51,440 nt of DNA from Candidatus Saccharimonadales bacterium (GCA_040879175.1 JBBDKW010000001.1:1-51440), one strand, 5' to 3'. Shown: positions 35,956 to 45,937, counted from the first letter of the stretch. Notes: generated by a model from the sequence alone, not told the origin. Numbers and translations are program-made.

Positions 35956-37272
35956 ATGGATGAGAATGAGCTTCTCAAGAAGGCTCAAGAGGTTCTGAAA
36001 CAAAACGATAGGAAAAAATGGACGGTGCCGGCGGGTGATCTGTATCCTCATCAATGGTTATGGGACAGCTGCTTCATTGCCATTGGCCTAAGGCATCTGG
36101 ATATTGAGAGGGCTCAAAAGGAGCTTAAAAGCCTGCTTCGTGGCCAGTGGAGTAACGGTATGATTCCCAACATTATTTTCTCCGGAGCCGAAGAGCACCG
36201 CCGTCACCGCGAGCTTTGGCGCAGTTATGTTAGCCCGTATGCGCCGTACAAGGTGGCCACCTCCGGTATAACCCAGCCGCCGATGCTGGCTGAGGCTGTT
36301 GCGCAAATCGGCCAAAAACTTAAACAGCCGGAAAGACGCAGCTGGTACCGTCAGATGTACCCTTACTTGCTTAATTACCACCAGTGGCTTTACGCCGACC
36401 GCGACCCGCACGGCGAAGGCCTAATAATCTTATTGCACCCATACGAGTGCGGTATGGACAACTCGCCGCCTTGGATTAGCGAGCTGCGCAAACACAATAT
36501 GCCTTGGTGGATTGGCTTGATTGAGCGACTTCATCTGGATGGAGTGGTCAATTTAGTTAGACGCGATACACGGCACGTGCCGCCCGGCCAGCGAATGAGC
36601 AATATTGAAGCTATGACTTATTGGGCAGCCATACACCGCCTTAGGCGCAAGGCCTATAACTCTGAGGCTTTACTCTCGCGCTCACTTTTTGCCGTTGAAG
36701 ACCTAGGTTTTAACTGTATCCTTATCCGCGCCAATTCCCGCCTAAAGACAATTGCCAAGGACATCGACCATAAACTACCGAAGAACTTATTGCAAAAAAT
36801 GCAAAAGACTGAGGCCGCACTGGAGCAGTTGTGGGACGAGGATAGCGGCCGCTACTACAGCCGGAGCTTTGTTAGCCACAAACTGATCGAAGAACCGACA
36901 ATCGCCACGCTTCTGCCGCTTTATGCCGGCTGCATTACAAATGAACGAGCGGCGCACTTATTGAAGTTGCTGAAATCAAAAAAGCATTTTGCTTTGAGAT
37001 GGCCGGTGCCGAGCGTCCCGCAGAGTTCAGGCTATTTTCATCCTTTCAAATATTGGCAAGGGCCGACGTGGATAAACGCCAATTGGTTGATAATAGATGG
37101 TCTTAAGCGTTATGGTTTTGAGACTGATGCCAAAAAGCTACAGAATCAGACCCTGGAGCTGGTAGCCAAAGGCGGTATGAATGAATACTTCAGCCCATTA
37201 GATGGTCGGCCGGCCGGCGCCACCAACTTCTCCTGGACAGCCGCTTTGACAATCGATTTACTTAAAAACTAG
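35956..37272 (+). CDS. GH63-like (alpha/alpha)6 glycoside hydrolase (mannosyl/glucosylglycerate hydrolase-like)
   Basis: YPHQWLWDS, ECGMDNSP, YWQGPTW, EYF, FSWTAA; start moved to ATG 35956. Confidence 0.85.
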   Translation: MDENELLKKAQEVLKQNDRKKWTVPAGDLYPHQWLWDSCFIAIGLRHLDIERAQKELKSLLRGQWSNGMIPNIIFSGAEEHRRHRELWRSYVSPYAPYKVATSGITQPPMLAEAVAQIGQKLKQPERRSWYRQMYPYLLNYHQWLYADRDPHGEGLIILLHPYECGMDNSPPWISELRKHNMPWWIGLIERLHLDGVVNLVRRDTRHVPPGQRMSNIEAMTYWAAIHRLRRKAYNSEALLSRSLFAVEDLGFNCILIRANSRLKTIAKDIDHKLPKNLLQKMQKTEAALEQLWDEDSGRYYSRSFVSHKLIEEPTIATLLPLYAGCITNERAAHLLKLLKSKKHFALRWPVPSVPQSSGYFHPFKYWQGPTWINANWLIIDGLKRYGFETDAKKLQNQTLELVAKGGMNEYFSPLDGRPAGATNFSWTAALTIDLLKN

Positions 37273-37288
37273 TTTACCAGGGCTCTAT

Positions 37289-38353
37289 TTATTCGTCATC
37301 CATATTGGGACGCTCAAGCAACATCGGGTCCACACCGGGGCTGGTTTCAGCGATTTTTATGACGTCTTTATCTATTTTGCCCAGTTCTCTATAAGTGGCG
37401 TTAAAATGCCCAACGGTCGTACCCAGACTACCGCCAAGTTTTTGCATATAAACGTTGTGAGCGACAAGATGCCTACTCAATTGCTCGATATTTTTGCGGA
37501 TTCTTTCAGTATCATGATGGATTTCCAGCGACCGAAGACCTTGGACTATGATCTGCAACATCGCCGCTAATGTGCTGGGCCCGACGATGGTGACTTTCTT
37601 CTCAGAGGCAGCGTAGTGCATCAGGTTGCGGCCGCTTACGCCTCCAAGGCCCACCTTATTGGCCAGTAAATCATAATAAATTGCTTCGCTCGGAATAAAC
37701 ATTAAAGCCTGGTCCAAAGTATTTTTGTTTTGCTTGATATATTTGGACGTTTCGTCTATGCGCTTTTTTAAGTCTTCTTTAAAAGCTTTTTCAAGAACCG
37801 GACGGTCCTCAGCCTTAGCTTCAACTAAGCGATTGTAGTTTTCCAGGGAGAATTTACTGTCGATCGGCAACAATTTGTCGTCCAGTTTGATAACGGCGTC
37901 GACTATCAAACCTTCCGCAAGTTTGTATTGAAGCTGAAATGTTCCGGGGGGTAGCATATCTTTTAAGATCTGCTCCAGATAATATTCACCCAGGACTCCG
38001 CGCTGTTTGGGGTTTTGTAGGACGTTCTGAAGAGTCTTAAGCTCGGCCGCTACGTCGCCAACGCTCTTGTTGGTTCTGTCCAGTTCCGTAAGTTTTTGAG
38101 TTACCTCGGTAATTATTTTGGCGCTAGCCTGGAATTGAGCGGCCATCTGTTTATTACTGGTGCCGAGCTGTTCTGTTAGTTGTTTCTGTAAGCCTTGTTG
38201 GAGCGCGCCCATAGACTTAGTCAGCTCGACCATATCGGCCTTTAGGAGTAGGGCTGAATCGGACTCCGAATTTTTCGGACGACTTAGCTGCCAAAAAATA
38301 AAGCCAGCTAACGCCACGCACAAAACTGCCAAAATACTAATAGCCACGACCAT
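37289..38353 (-). CDS. rmuC: DNA recombination protein RmuC
   Basis: N-terminal TM segment, coiled coil, NPKQRGVLGE, IDSKF, MFIPSEA. Confidence 0.9.
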   Translation of the reverse strand: MVVAISILAVLCVALAGFIFWQLSRPKNSESDSALLLKADMVELTKSMGALQQGLQKQLTEQLGTSNKQMAAQFQASAKIITEVTQKLTELDRTNKSVGDVAAELKTLQNVLQNPKQRGVLGEYYLEQILKDMLPPGTFQLQYKLAEGLIVDAVIKLDDKLLPIDSKFSLENYNRLVEAKAEDRPVLEKAFKEDLKKRIDETSKYIKQNKNTLDQALMFIPSEAIYYDLLANKVGLGGVSGRNLMHYAASEKKVTIVGPSTLAAMLQIIVQGLRSLEIHHDTERIRKNIEQLSRHLVAHNVYMQKLGGSLGTTVGHFNATYRELGKIDKDVIKIAETSPGVDPMLLERPNMDDE

Positions 38354-38378
38354 AACGCCATCCCCTCTTTAAATTTAT

Positions 38379-38536
38379 GGACAAAGAAACGGCGATCAAC
38401 CGCTTCTTTGTTTTTGGAGGGCTTGTCCGTTTCGATAACCTTGGCGGGAGTGCACTCCCCTAAGACAACTGGGTGTTCCTCAGCAACATCTAATTTGTAA
38501 CAATTTTTCCAAGTACCCAGACTCCGCGGAGTCTGG
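38379..38536 (-). ncRNA. Candidate structured small RNA or rmuC 5' leader
   Basis: TATAAT at 38541-38546, a 20-bp and a 14-bp perfect palindrome, and a 12-bp terminator-like hairpin at 38381-38411. Confidence 0.4.
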
Positions 38537-38586
38537 CTATATTATACAATCGAGCAGCGATGATCGCTGTTGTTTTAATAACAAAT

Positions 38587-39312
38587 TTAAACTAAGCGGG
38601 TGACAATAAACATAAAAAGCGCGCCGAGAATCGTCAAGCCGATGGTTTTTCGTGAAGAATTTTCGGAATGGGCTTGAGGCAAGATGTCGCTGGCGCCGAT
38701 ATAAAGCAAAAAACCGGCAAAAAACCCAAGATATAGCGCCAGTACCGCTTCTGAAAGCGCAAATAATAAGCTGCCTAGGCCACCAAGAATCGGCATAACC
38801 GCAGCCACTGCTAACATTTTTTTGGCGTTAGACGGCTTGTTTTGATGATGAAGCATCACATTGGTAGTATTGAAGCCGTCGGCAAAACGGTGGCCGACAA
38901 CGGCGATTGCTACAGCTACACCGACAGCGGTGCTGACTTGAAAACCGATGCCGATACTCAGACCATCCAGAAAGCTATGCCCTGATAAGGCCACTGCCCC
39001 GGCAACGCCGACAAAGGGATGCCTATGCGGACCATATTTTTCTTCACTGCCATAGTGAATCAGAATGAATTTTTCAATAACGTGAAATAGCAAAAAGCCA
39101 CTGACTAAGGTTATCATCGGCCAGATGGGGTCGAGGCTTTCTGATTCGCTTATCTCAAAAATCTCAGGGAGTAAATCAAAAGCTACTAACCCCAGGATCA
39201 AGCCGGCGGTAAAACCGAGCGCCAGATGTAGCCTGCGCCTACCGCGAATGGCGATAAAGCCTCCTACTAAAGCGGCTAGAGCGGCTGCCATGGTTAAAAG
39301 AAATAACAGCAT
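38587..39312 (-). CDS. ZIP family metal transporter
   Basis: Multi-TM; DLLPE, HSFLDG, HRFADG, DILPQAH. Confidence 0.9.
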   Translation of the reverse strand: MLLFLLTMAAALAALVGGFIAIRGRRRLHLALGFTAGLILGLVAFDLLPEIFEISESESLDPIWPMITLVSGFLLFHVIEKFILIHYGSEEKYGPHRHPFVGVAGAVALSGHSFLDGLSIGIGFQVSTAVGVAVAIAVVGHRFADGFNTTNVMLHHQNKPSNAKKMLAVAAVMPILGGLGSLLFALSEAVLALYLGFFAGFLLYIGASDILPQAHSENSSRKTIGLTILGALFMFIVTRLV

Positions 39313-39337
39313 AGGTCGATTCTATGTTTCACTATAT

Positions 39338-39360
39338 AAATTTGCAAATTTGTCGCAATT
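39338..39360. promoter_or_regulatory. Candidate Fur/Zur-family operator
   Basis: TTGCAA-N5-TCGCAA overlapping the perfect palindrome AAATTTGCAAATTT, between divergent ZIP and Fur-family genes. Confidence 0.55.
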
Positions 39361-39380
39361 TAGGCTATTATTGAGACAAG

Positions 39381-39803
39381 GTGCATTACAAAACACTCCG
39401 CGCGCTGCTGAAGAAAAACGGCTCCAGCCTTACCAAGCCACGCAAAATCGTCTTTGATTTACTCCTTAACCAAAAGCCACAGACTATGCAAGTCATAATA
39501 GGGCGAGCTAAAGATAGAGTCGATCGCGCCAGTGTTTATCGCACAATGGAGCTCTTTGAAAAGCTAGGAATTGTTAACCGGCTTAACATTGGCTGGAAAT
39601 ATAAGTTTGAACTATCTGATGTTTTCCAAGAGCACCACCATCATTTTCACTGCACCAACTGCGGCACGACCTTTAGCCTTGAGCCTAATTCAATGCTAGA
39701 AACAATGATTGGTACTGTTGCCGCAAAATCCGGGCATTCGCCGCGCGGCCACCAATTGGAAGTCTATGGACTGTGCGCCGACTGCCAAAGGCGCACCGTC
39801 TAG
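39381..39803 (+). CDS. Fur family transcriptional regulator (probably Zur)
   Basis: LTKPR, ASVYR, HHHHFHCTNCG, GLCADC; divergent from the ZIP gene. Confidence 0.9.
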   Translation: MHYKTLRALLKKNGSSLTKPRKIVFDLLLNQKPQTMQVIIGRAKDRVDRASVYRTMELFEKLGIVNRLNIGWKYKFELSDVFQEHHHHFHCTNCGTTFSLEPNSMLETMIGTVAAKSGHSPRGHQLEVYGLCADCQRRTV

Positions 39804-41245
39804 CCGGCCATCATCGCTTCTTTAGCGTCGACTTTTTGATTCTTGACCACAAAGAAGACTACGATAGCGGCTGCCAATGCTAGTCCAATTCCTACCCGAA
39901 TACCGTCCTTATAGCCTAGTATCTGAGCCGCTGCCTGTTGGGTGCCAGCGGCCGCTTCGCTGCTAATTGTCGAGAAAGCCACCGCTGACAAAATAGCTAA
40001 GCCTATCGCGCCGCCAACCTGCTGTGAGGTATTCAGAACACCCGAGGCCAAACCGGCAAAATGTTTAGGCACGCCGGAAGTGGCCGCCAGCGTACCTGAA
40101 ACAAACGTCAATCCCATGCCGGCTGCAAAGATTGCCAACCCAGGAAAGACGTTGCGCCAGTAATCTCCGCCAACTTCCATTGTCCAACTAATTACAAATA
40201 GACCGATGGCTATCATTATCGGTCCGAGGTTCAATGGTGGCTTATAACCTATTTTAGCCACCAAGTTAGCCACTATACCCGATACAATTGCGACTATGAA
40301 GGTTACCGGCAAGAAGCTGAATCCGGTTTTGACTGGTGAATAATTCAGAACTGTCTGAATGTAGAGTGTTAGAAAGAAAAACATTGAGAACAGCGTGCAG
40401 GCAATCACCACAAAAGCCAAGTTGCCTCCTAGGACATTCCTAATTTTGAAAATCTCCAGCGGCATCAGCGGCTGTTTAACCACTTTTTCATTTATGATAA
40501 ATCCGGCAAGCAGTGCTATTCCAGCGGCAATGAAGCCCCACACCATTATCGAATCCCAGCCCTGAGATGGCGCCCTCGATAAACCGTAGACCAAAGACAT
40601 CAGACCAGCGGTAGCCAAAGCAGCACCCGGCAAGTCTAGCTTCAGTTTCTTATGCTCCTCGCCAATATGTTTTGGCAGTAAGTAAAATGCCGTAAAGACT
40701 ACGAGTACCCCGACTGGAACGTTTACGAAGAAGTTCCAGCGCCAATCCAAGTACTGCGTAAGTACACCGCCTAGTAACACGCCGGCGGCCGCGCCGCCAG
40801 AAGCCACCGCCGCCCAGACACCCATGGCGGTATTGCGCTCCTTACCTTCTTTGAATTCGGCCAGAACGATTGATAGAGCCGCCGGAGACATGATTGCTCC
40901 GGCCAGACCTTGAGCCGCCCGGGCCATAATGAGTTGGGTATCGGTCTGGGCTAAACCGCAGAGTAGCGAGAATATGGTAAATAAGACCACGCCGCTGGTA
41001 AAAATCAGTTTACGGCCGTACAAATCGGCGGCTCGCCCTCCGAGCAACAAGAAGCCCCCGAACGTTAAAGTATAGGCTGTTATAACCCACTGTAGGTCGT
41101 TGCCGGCAAATTGCAGGTCGCGTGAAATCGAAGGTAGTGCCACGTTAACGATTGCGATATCCAAAACCACCATAAACTGCGCCACGGCCAAGAGCGCTAA
41201 TATGACCCATTTATTTTCGGAGTGTTTTGCAATACGTCGAACCAC
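39800..41245 (-). CDS. MFS drug:H+ antiporter (DHA2, 14 TM)
   Basis: LDIAIVNVALP, GGRAADLYGRK, WRWNFFVNVP; GTG start with AAGGAGG SD. Confidence 0.92.
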   Translation of the reverse strand: MVRRIAKHSENKWVILALLAVAQFMVVLDIAIVNVALPSISRDLQFAGNDLQWVITAYTLTFGGFLLLGGRAADLYGRKLIFTSGVVLFTIFSLLCGLAQTDTQLIMARAAQGLAGAIMSPAALSIVLAEFKEGKERNTAMGVWAAVASGGAAAGVLLGGVLTQYLDWRWNFFVNVPVGVLVVFTAFYLLPKHIGEEHKKLKLDLPGAALATAGLMSLVYGLSRAPSQGWDSIMVWGFIAAGIALLAGFIINEKVVKQPLMPLEIFKIRNVLGGNLAFVVIACTLFSMFFFLTLYIQTVLNYSPVKTGFSFLPVTFIVAIVSGIVANLVAKIGYKPPLNLGPIMIAIGLFVISWTMEVGGDYWRNVFPGLAIFAAGMGLTFVSGTLAATSGVPKHFAGLASGVLNTSQQVGGAIGLAILSAVAFSTISSEAAAGTQQAAAQILGYKDGIRVGIGLALAAAIVVFFVVKNQKVDAKEAMMAG

Positions 41246-41304
41246 ACTGCCTCCTTAAGTTTATAACGATAATAGCCTCCACCCAATTTTTGAGCTTGGG
41301 ATTC

Positions 41305-41332
41305 ATTATAGGGCAGTTGCGCTCCCAGTCAA
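41305..41332 (-). promoter_or_regulatory. Sigma70 promoter for the MFS gene
   Basis: TTGACT-16 nt-TATAAT. Confidence 0.6.
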
Positions 41333-41354
41333 AAGCAAATTATACTAACGCTAA

Positions 41355-42542
41355 ATGAACGACGAAAAAACAAAGCTCCTAATTCTTGGCGGCGGCTTCG
41401 GCGGAGTCAAGACCGCTTTGGAGCTGGCTGATAATCCTAACTTTTCGGTCACCCTCATCTCGGACCAGATGAACTTCCGCTATTACCCCGCCCTTTACCA
41501 TGCCGCCACCGGCGGCAACCCATTGGCATCTTCTATCCCACTATCTGAAATTTTTGCCGATAAGCACGTAAAGGTAATTAATGACCGCGCTAAAAAACTG
41601 GACCGCGAAGCCCGAAAGCTAGAATGCGCATCTGGCAAAAGTTATCCCTACGATATTCTAGTTGTGGCTTTGGGGGTAGTGACGAACTATTTTGGCATCA
41701 AAGGCCTCAAAAAATATTCATATGGTATTAAGACTCTCGAGGATGCCCAGGAGCTTCGTAACCACTTACACCAGCTGGTTGCCGATGAGCGCAAACCTGA
41801 CCTTAACTATGTGGTAATCGGTGGCGGGGCAACCGGTGTCGAGCTTGCCGGAGTCTTGCCATCTTATTTACGACATATTATGAAAAAACACGGAGTGCCT
41901 CAAAAAGCCGTCCACGTTGACTTGGTCGAAGCCGAATCACGCCTGATGCCTCATATGCCTAGGAGCTATTCTCTGGTAGTCCAAAGAAGGCTGCGCCGAC
42001 TTGGGGTAGATCTTCATTTAAACCAAAGGGTTGAAGCTGAAACGGCTGACAAATTGATGCTCAGCGGTCACCCCATCCAAAGCCAAACAGTTATCTGGAC
42101 AGCCGGAGTTACCAACCACCCATTTCTGGTGGTTAACAAATTCAGGATGAGCGAACACGGCAAAGTTATGGTTAACGAGTTGCTTCAGGCCGAAGAGGAC
42201 ATCTATGTGATTGGTGATAACGCCGATACGCCGTATTCGGGCATGGCTCAAACCGCCCTGCATGATGCAATTTTCATCACCGGCAATCTCCGAAGGTTGG
42301 CAAGCGGCGAGCGACCGCTACCTTACAAACCGCACAGACCGATTTATGTTACACCAGCCGGCCCGCGCTGGGCCGCAGTACAGTGGAGCAACCTACATAT
42401 TTATGGCCGGCTAGGCTGGCTATTGCGGGAAACAGCCGATTTGATTGCTTATCACGATCTTCAACCTTGGTGGCCGGCATATAAGCATTGGGTGGCCGGT
42501 AATTCAAGTGTAGAAACCTGTCCGGTATGCGCACGTCCGTAA
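41355..42542 (+). CDS. Type II NADH dehydrogenase-like FAD oxidoreductase
   Basis: ILGGGFGG, IGGGATGVELAG, WTAGV, IGD; C-terminal CPVC. Confidence 0.88.
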   Translation: MNDEKTKLLILGGGFGGVKTALELADNPNFSVTLISDQMNFRYYPALYHAATGGNPLASSIPLSEIFADKHVKVINDRAKKLDREARKLECASGKSYPYDILVVALGVVTNYFGIKGLKKYSYGIKTLEDAQELRNHLHQLVADERKPDLNYVVIGGGATGVELAGVLPSYLRHIMKKHGVPQKAVHVDLVEAESRLMPHMPRSYSLVVQRRLRRLGVDLHLNQRVEAETADKLMLSGHPIQSQTVIWTAGVTNHPFLVVNKFRMSEHGKVMVNELLQAEEDIYVIGDNADTPYSGMAQTALHDAIFITGNLRRLASGERPLPYKPHRPIYVTPAGPRWAAVQWSNLHIYGRLGWLLRETADLIAYHDLQPWWPAYKHWVAGNSSVETCPVCARP

Positions 42543-44074
42543 ACAATATAAGCCTCCAAGGCCAATTGGCTCTTGATTTTGTTGACAGATTTTTAGACCG
42601 CCTAACGTCATATCGACTGGTTCTGTATTCGCTGCTGGCTTTTGTAAGCTGGGCGGTCTTTGCCGGCTTTATCGGTGAAGTGGCTTTTGAGTGGTACGAA
42701 ATTTTAGGCTCAACAACCTGGCTGATGGTTGTTTGTATCTCTGTTAACTTCGCCGTCTCAAAGTGGCGCAATGTACCGCGCAATAAAGAATCCGATTATA
42801 TTTCGGCTCTGATATTGGCTCTAATTCTATTGCCTGCTCAAGATTTCAATGACTATCTGATTTTGGCGACCGCTGGTAGTGTGGCGATGCTATCTAAATA
42901 CTTTTTGGTACACGGTAAACGGCACATATTTAATCCGGCGGCATTTGGCGCTTTCACGGTTGGAATATTTTTTGACTACTTTCCGGCCTGGTGGGTCGGC
43001 ACAACCATACTGGTGCCATTAGTTTTTATTGCTGGCCAGTTGATTTTAAAGAAAATGAAACGCTACTGGATGGTTAGCCTATTTATGACAATCTACCTCA
43101 GTTATTTGGTAATTAACATCTTTACCAAAGACCAGCCCGGCGATTTGCTTAACATTATCTGGATTGGCTTAACCGCCACGCCAGTATTATTCTTTGCTTA
43201 CATAATGCTCACCGAGCCATCAACTTCACCGCACAGGCTGCCGCAAATGTTAGCTTATGCGGCTGTTGTCGGTGTTCTATATTCAGTTACAGATCTGGGC
43301 TTTGCACCGGAAGAAGCTTTACTGGTTGGCAATGCATTAGCTTTCATAATGGCGCCTAACCGCCGCTTGGAGTTGTCTTTAAAACAAAAGAAAAAAGAAG
43401 CTAAAGACATCTATAGCTATGTCTTTAGCGGCAAGAGAAATTTGCGATTTAATGCCGGACAATATATGGAATGGACGCTGCCGATGGTAAAGGCCGATAC
43501 CCGCGGTAACCGCCGTTACTTTACCGTTTCGTCATCACCGACTGAAGACAAGTTGATGTTTACTATCAAAGAGCCTACGCCGCGCAGCAGTTTTAAAGCC
43601 GGGCTAGATGAGCTAAAAGAGGGCGATAAAATGCTAGCTTATCAGCTTGAAGGCTCTTTTGGGCTACCAAAAGATAGCGGACAAAGGCTGGCTTTTATAG
43701 CCGGGGGTATTGGCGTAACGCCTTTTCGTAGCATTATTAAATACCTCGTTGATACCAAACAGAAGCGCGATATTGTGCTGTTGTACTCAGCTAACAACGC
43801 TGAGGAATTTGCTTTTAGCGATTTATTCAAACAGTCGCTGCAGGCAGGAGTAACGACCCATTACGCCGTCAGCGGCGAAACACCGAAAGATTGGCTCGGA
43901 TTTAAAGGCCAAATAGATTCCAAAATGATTAAGGCCTCGTTTCCGGATTACAGGCAGCGAGTCTTCTATATTTCCGGCCCGTATGGCTTTGTCACTACTA
44001 TGCGGCAGAAGCTCCTCAGAATGGGCTTACCGCGCCGAAATATTATTACTGACTACTTCCCGGGATACGGTTAG
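42527..44074 (+). CDS. NqrB/RnfD-like membrane domain fused to FNR-type FAD/NAD-binding domains
   Basis: Multi-TM N-terminal half with HIFNPAA and MLTEPSTSP; C-terminal half with RRYFTVSSSP, FIAGGIGVTP, YISGP. Confidence 0.85.
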   Translation: MRTSVNNISLQGQLALDFVDRFLDRLTSYRLVLYSLLAFVSWAVFAGFIGEVAFEWYEILGSTTWLMVVCISVNFAVSKWRNVPRNKESDYISALILALILLPAQDFNDYLILATAGSVAMLSKYFLVHGKRHIFNPAAFGAFTVGIFFDYFPAWWVGTTILVPLVFIAGQLILKKMKRYWMVSLFMTIYLSYLVINIFTKDQPGDLLNIIWIGLTATPVLFFAYIMLTEPSTSPHRLPQMLAYAAVVGVLYSVTDLGFAPEEALLVGNALAFIMAPNRRLELSLKQKKKEAKDIYSYVFSGKRNLRFNAGQYMEWTLPMVKADTRGNRRYFTVSSSPTEDKLMFTIKEPTPRSSFKAGLDELKEGDKMLAYQLEGSFGLPKDSGQRLAFIAGGIGVTPFRSIIKYLVDTKQKRDIVLLYSANNAEEFAFSDLFKQSLQAGVTTHYAVSGETPKDWLGFKGQIDSKMIKASFPDYRQRVFYISGPYGFVTTMRQKLLRMGLPRRNIITDYFPGYG

Positions 44075-44740
44075 AGCTGTGTATCCTTCTTGCCGGTTGA
44101 TAAAGCTTATCCCCTTTTCGCCCATAGCAAACCCGGCGGTGGACAAAATGTCAGCTTTTATAATGTCTGGCCCAATTACAGTCAGGCTGAGCAATTCCTT
44201 AGCCGGCTCGCCGGTTTTAGGATTAGTGATATGAGTACCTCGTTCGTAAGTTCCGCTGGTAGCTACGGCAAAATTGTCGCCGTTAATTTTACCCAAAATC
44301 TTTGATTTATTTTTGGGGTTTTGTATTCCGATCTTCCAAATCTTCTTTCCAGCGCTTCGGGCCAGAATGTCGCCGCCGGCATAGATGCAGTATGTTTTGT
44401 GTCCATATTCTTCGATAACCTTCCCTGCTTCGGCTATTGCCCAGCCTTTAACGTAGCCGTTTGGATCAAAATCACCGCCGTACCAGGCCGAAAAATAGCC
44501 GTCGGTCTTTTCTTCGGCTCTCCGGCAAGCGTGAAGTATAAATTTCATCTCTGGGCTCAAGGTCAGTTCAGTCAGTTCACCGCGGTTATATTTAGAAAGC
44601 TCACTGTTTTTCTTGTAAGGACTGAATTGCTTATCAATTGCACGTAGCCTGGCAAATGCCGTTTTTATAACAGGTTCTTTTTTGAGCCCAGGCACTTCTA
44701 TGGTCACGGCCATGCCCATAATTTGGACCGTTCTTCTCAT
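44027..44740 (-). CDS. apbE: FAD:protein FMN transferase (short ApbE)
   Basis: IMGM, DPNGYVKGW, AGGD, VATSGTYERGTHI, ADILST. Confidence 0.9.
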   Translation of the reverse strand: MRRTVQIMGMAVTIEVPGLKKEPVIKTAFARLRAIDKQFSPYKKNSELSKYNRGELTELTLSPEMKFILHACRRAEEKTDGYFSAWYGGDFDPNGYVKGWAIAEAGKVIEEYGHKTYCIYAGGDILARSAGKKIWKIGIQNPKNKSKILGKINGDNFAVATSGTYERGTHITNPKTGEPAKELLSLTVIGPDIIKADILSTAGFAMGEKGISFINRQEGYTALTVSREVVSNNISAR

Positions 44741-44743
44741 AAG

Positions 44744-45187
44744 CTAGGATCTAATTGCTTCAAAAGCCTTGTCGAGTGCTGACTGCAAGGACTCTTGATA
44801 GCCATAGCTGGTACTAGTGGCACCGGTTACAAAATCGATTTGGTCGCTCTGTTTATCCAAGGTTGTGGCTTTAAGGAGTGGTTTGGACATTGCGGTCAAT
44901 TGGCGGCTGCGGCCGTCGTCTTTATCCGGCATCTTTAGATATTGCACGTCACTGATTTTACCGCTCGTTATCGCAATAGATATTTGAACATCGCCATATA
45001 GGGTTTCAGCAACATCGCTCGTGTATATCCCGTCGGGATAGTCACTTGCCAGGGTGGATCGATCCCGTGTCTGATTTTGGCTTTCGGTTTGGGCAGCTGA
45101 TTCATTGGAATCGTTCTGTATCAACATATATCCACCTAACCCGCCCAGTACCGCCACCACCATAACAATCAGTAACGTCTTCTTCAT
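44744..45187 (-). CDS. Extracytoplasmic FMN-binding protein
   Basis: N-terminal TM/signal segment, DGIY, YGDVQI, flavinylation motif DFVTGATSTS. Confidence 0.88.
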   Translation of the reverse strand: MKKTLLIVMVVAVLGGLGGYMLIQNDSNESAAQTESQNQTRDRSTLASDYPDGIYTSDVAETLYGDVQISIAITSGKISDVQYLKMPDKDDGRSRQLTAMSKPLLKATTLDKQSDQIDFVTGATSTSYGYQESLQSALDKAFEAIRS

Positions 45188-45190
45188 CTT

Positions 45191-45937
45191 TTATACCTGA
45201 ATTTTGTTGAAGCGGTTGACGGCAAAAGTTGTGGCAAGTACTAGCGTTATAAGCAGTATTGTCATGTCCAACGCTATTGAAAAGTGGCTTTCTCCGAGCA
45301 AAATATATCGCAGGCCGTCAACAGCGTAAGACAGCGGATTAACTGAGGCGATTATTCGAAGTACATCGGGTGCATTGGTCAACGGGTAAAGAGCGTTGGA
45401 CAGGAAGAATAGCGGGAACATCACGAAGCTATTAATGGCCTGAAAGCCCTGAAAGTCTTCGACCGCCGAGGCCAAGCCAGCACCAAAATGAGCCAGTGCC
45501 AGCGACATAGTAGCCATTATTCCGATTGCTATAGGAACGGCTACCCAGTTCTCCGGCCGAAACCCAAGGGCAATGGCGATAACGAATACCAGACAAGCTT
45601 GGATGAGCGTAATTGTGGCACCACCCAATGCGCTACCAAGTAAAATTCTCAGCCGGGAAACAGGCGCTACCAAAAGCTCAGATAAAAAGCCGAACCGCCG
45701 GTCAAAAATAATAATCGCTCCCCAGAAAATCGAAGAAAACAGAATTGTCTGCATAATGATTCCGGGTACCAGAAACTGTAGATAATCACCTTGCCCCGCC
45801 CGTTCAAAGACAGCACCCAACCCGTAACCTAGTGCCAGTAGGAAAAGCAAAGGCTGGCCGATGGAGCCGATGATGCGTGAGCGGCTGCGGAAATAACGCC
45901 GCATTTGCCGAAGCCATAAAACCGTTAATACATGCAT
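45191..45937 (-). CDS. ABC-2 type exporter permease (DrrB-like)
   Basis: FLVPG, DRRFGFL..LLVAP, NPLSYAVDGLR. Confidence 0.9.
   Translation of the reverse strand: MHVLTVLWLRQMRRYFRSRSRIIGSIGQPLLFLLALGYGLGAVFERAGQGDYLQFLVPGIIMQTILFSSIFWGAIIIFDRRFGFLSELLVAPVSRLRILLGSALGGATITLIQACLVFVIAIALGFRPENWVAVPIAIGIMATMSLALAHFGAGLASAVEDFQGFQAINSFVMFPLFFLSNALYPLTNAPDVLRIIASVNPLSYAVDGLRYILLGESHFSIALDMTILLITLVLATTFAVNRFNKIQV

Noticed and set aside
38428-38483. Hammerhead ribozyme core (CTGAGGA ... CGAAAC on the minus strand)
   Set aside because: The bases flanking the would-be stem II do not pair, and stems I and III could not be built
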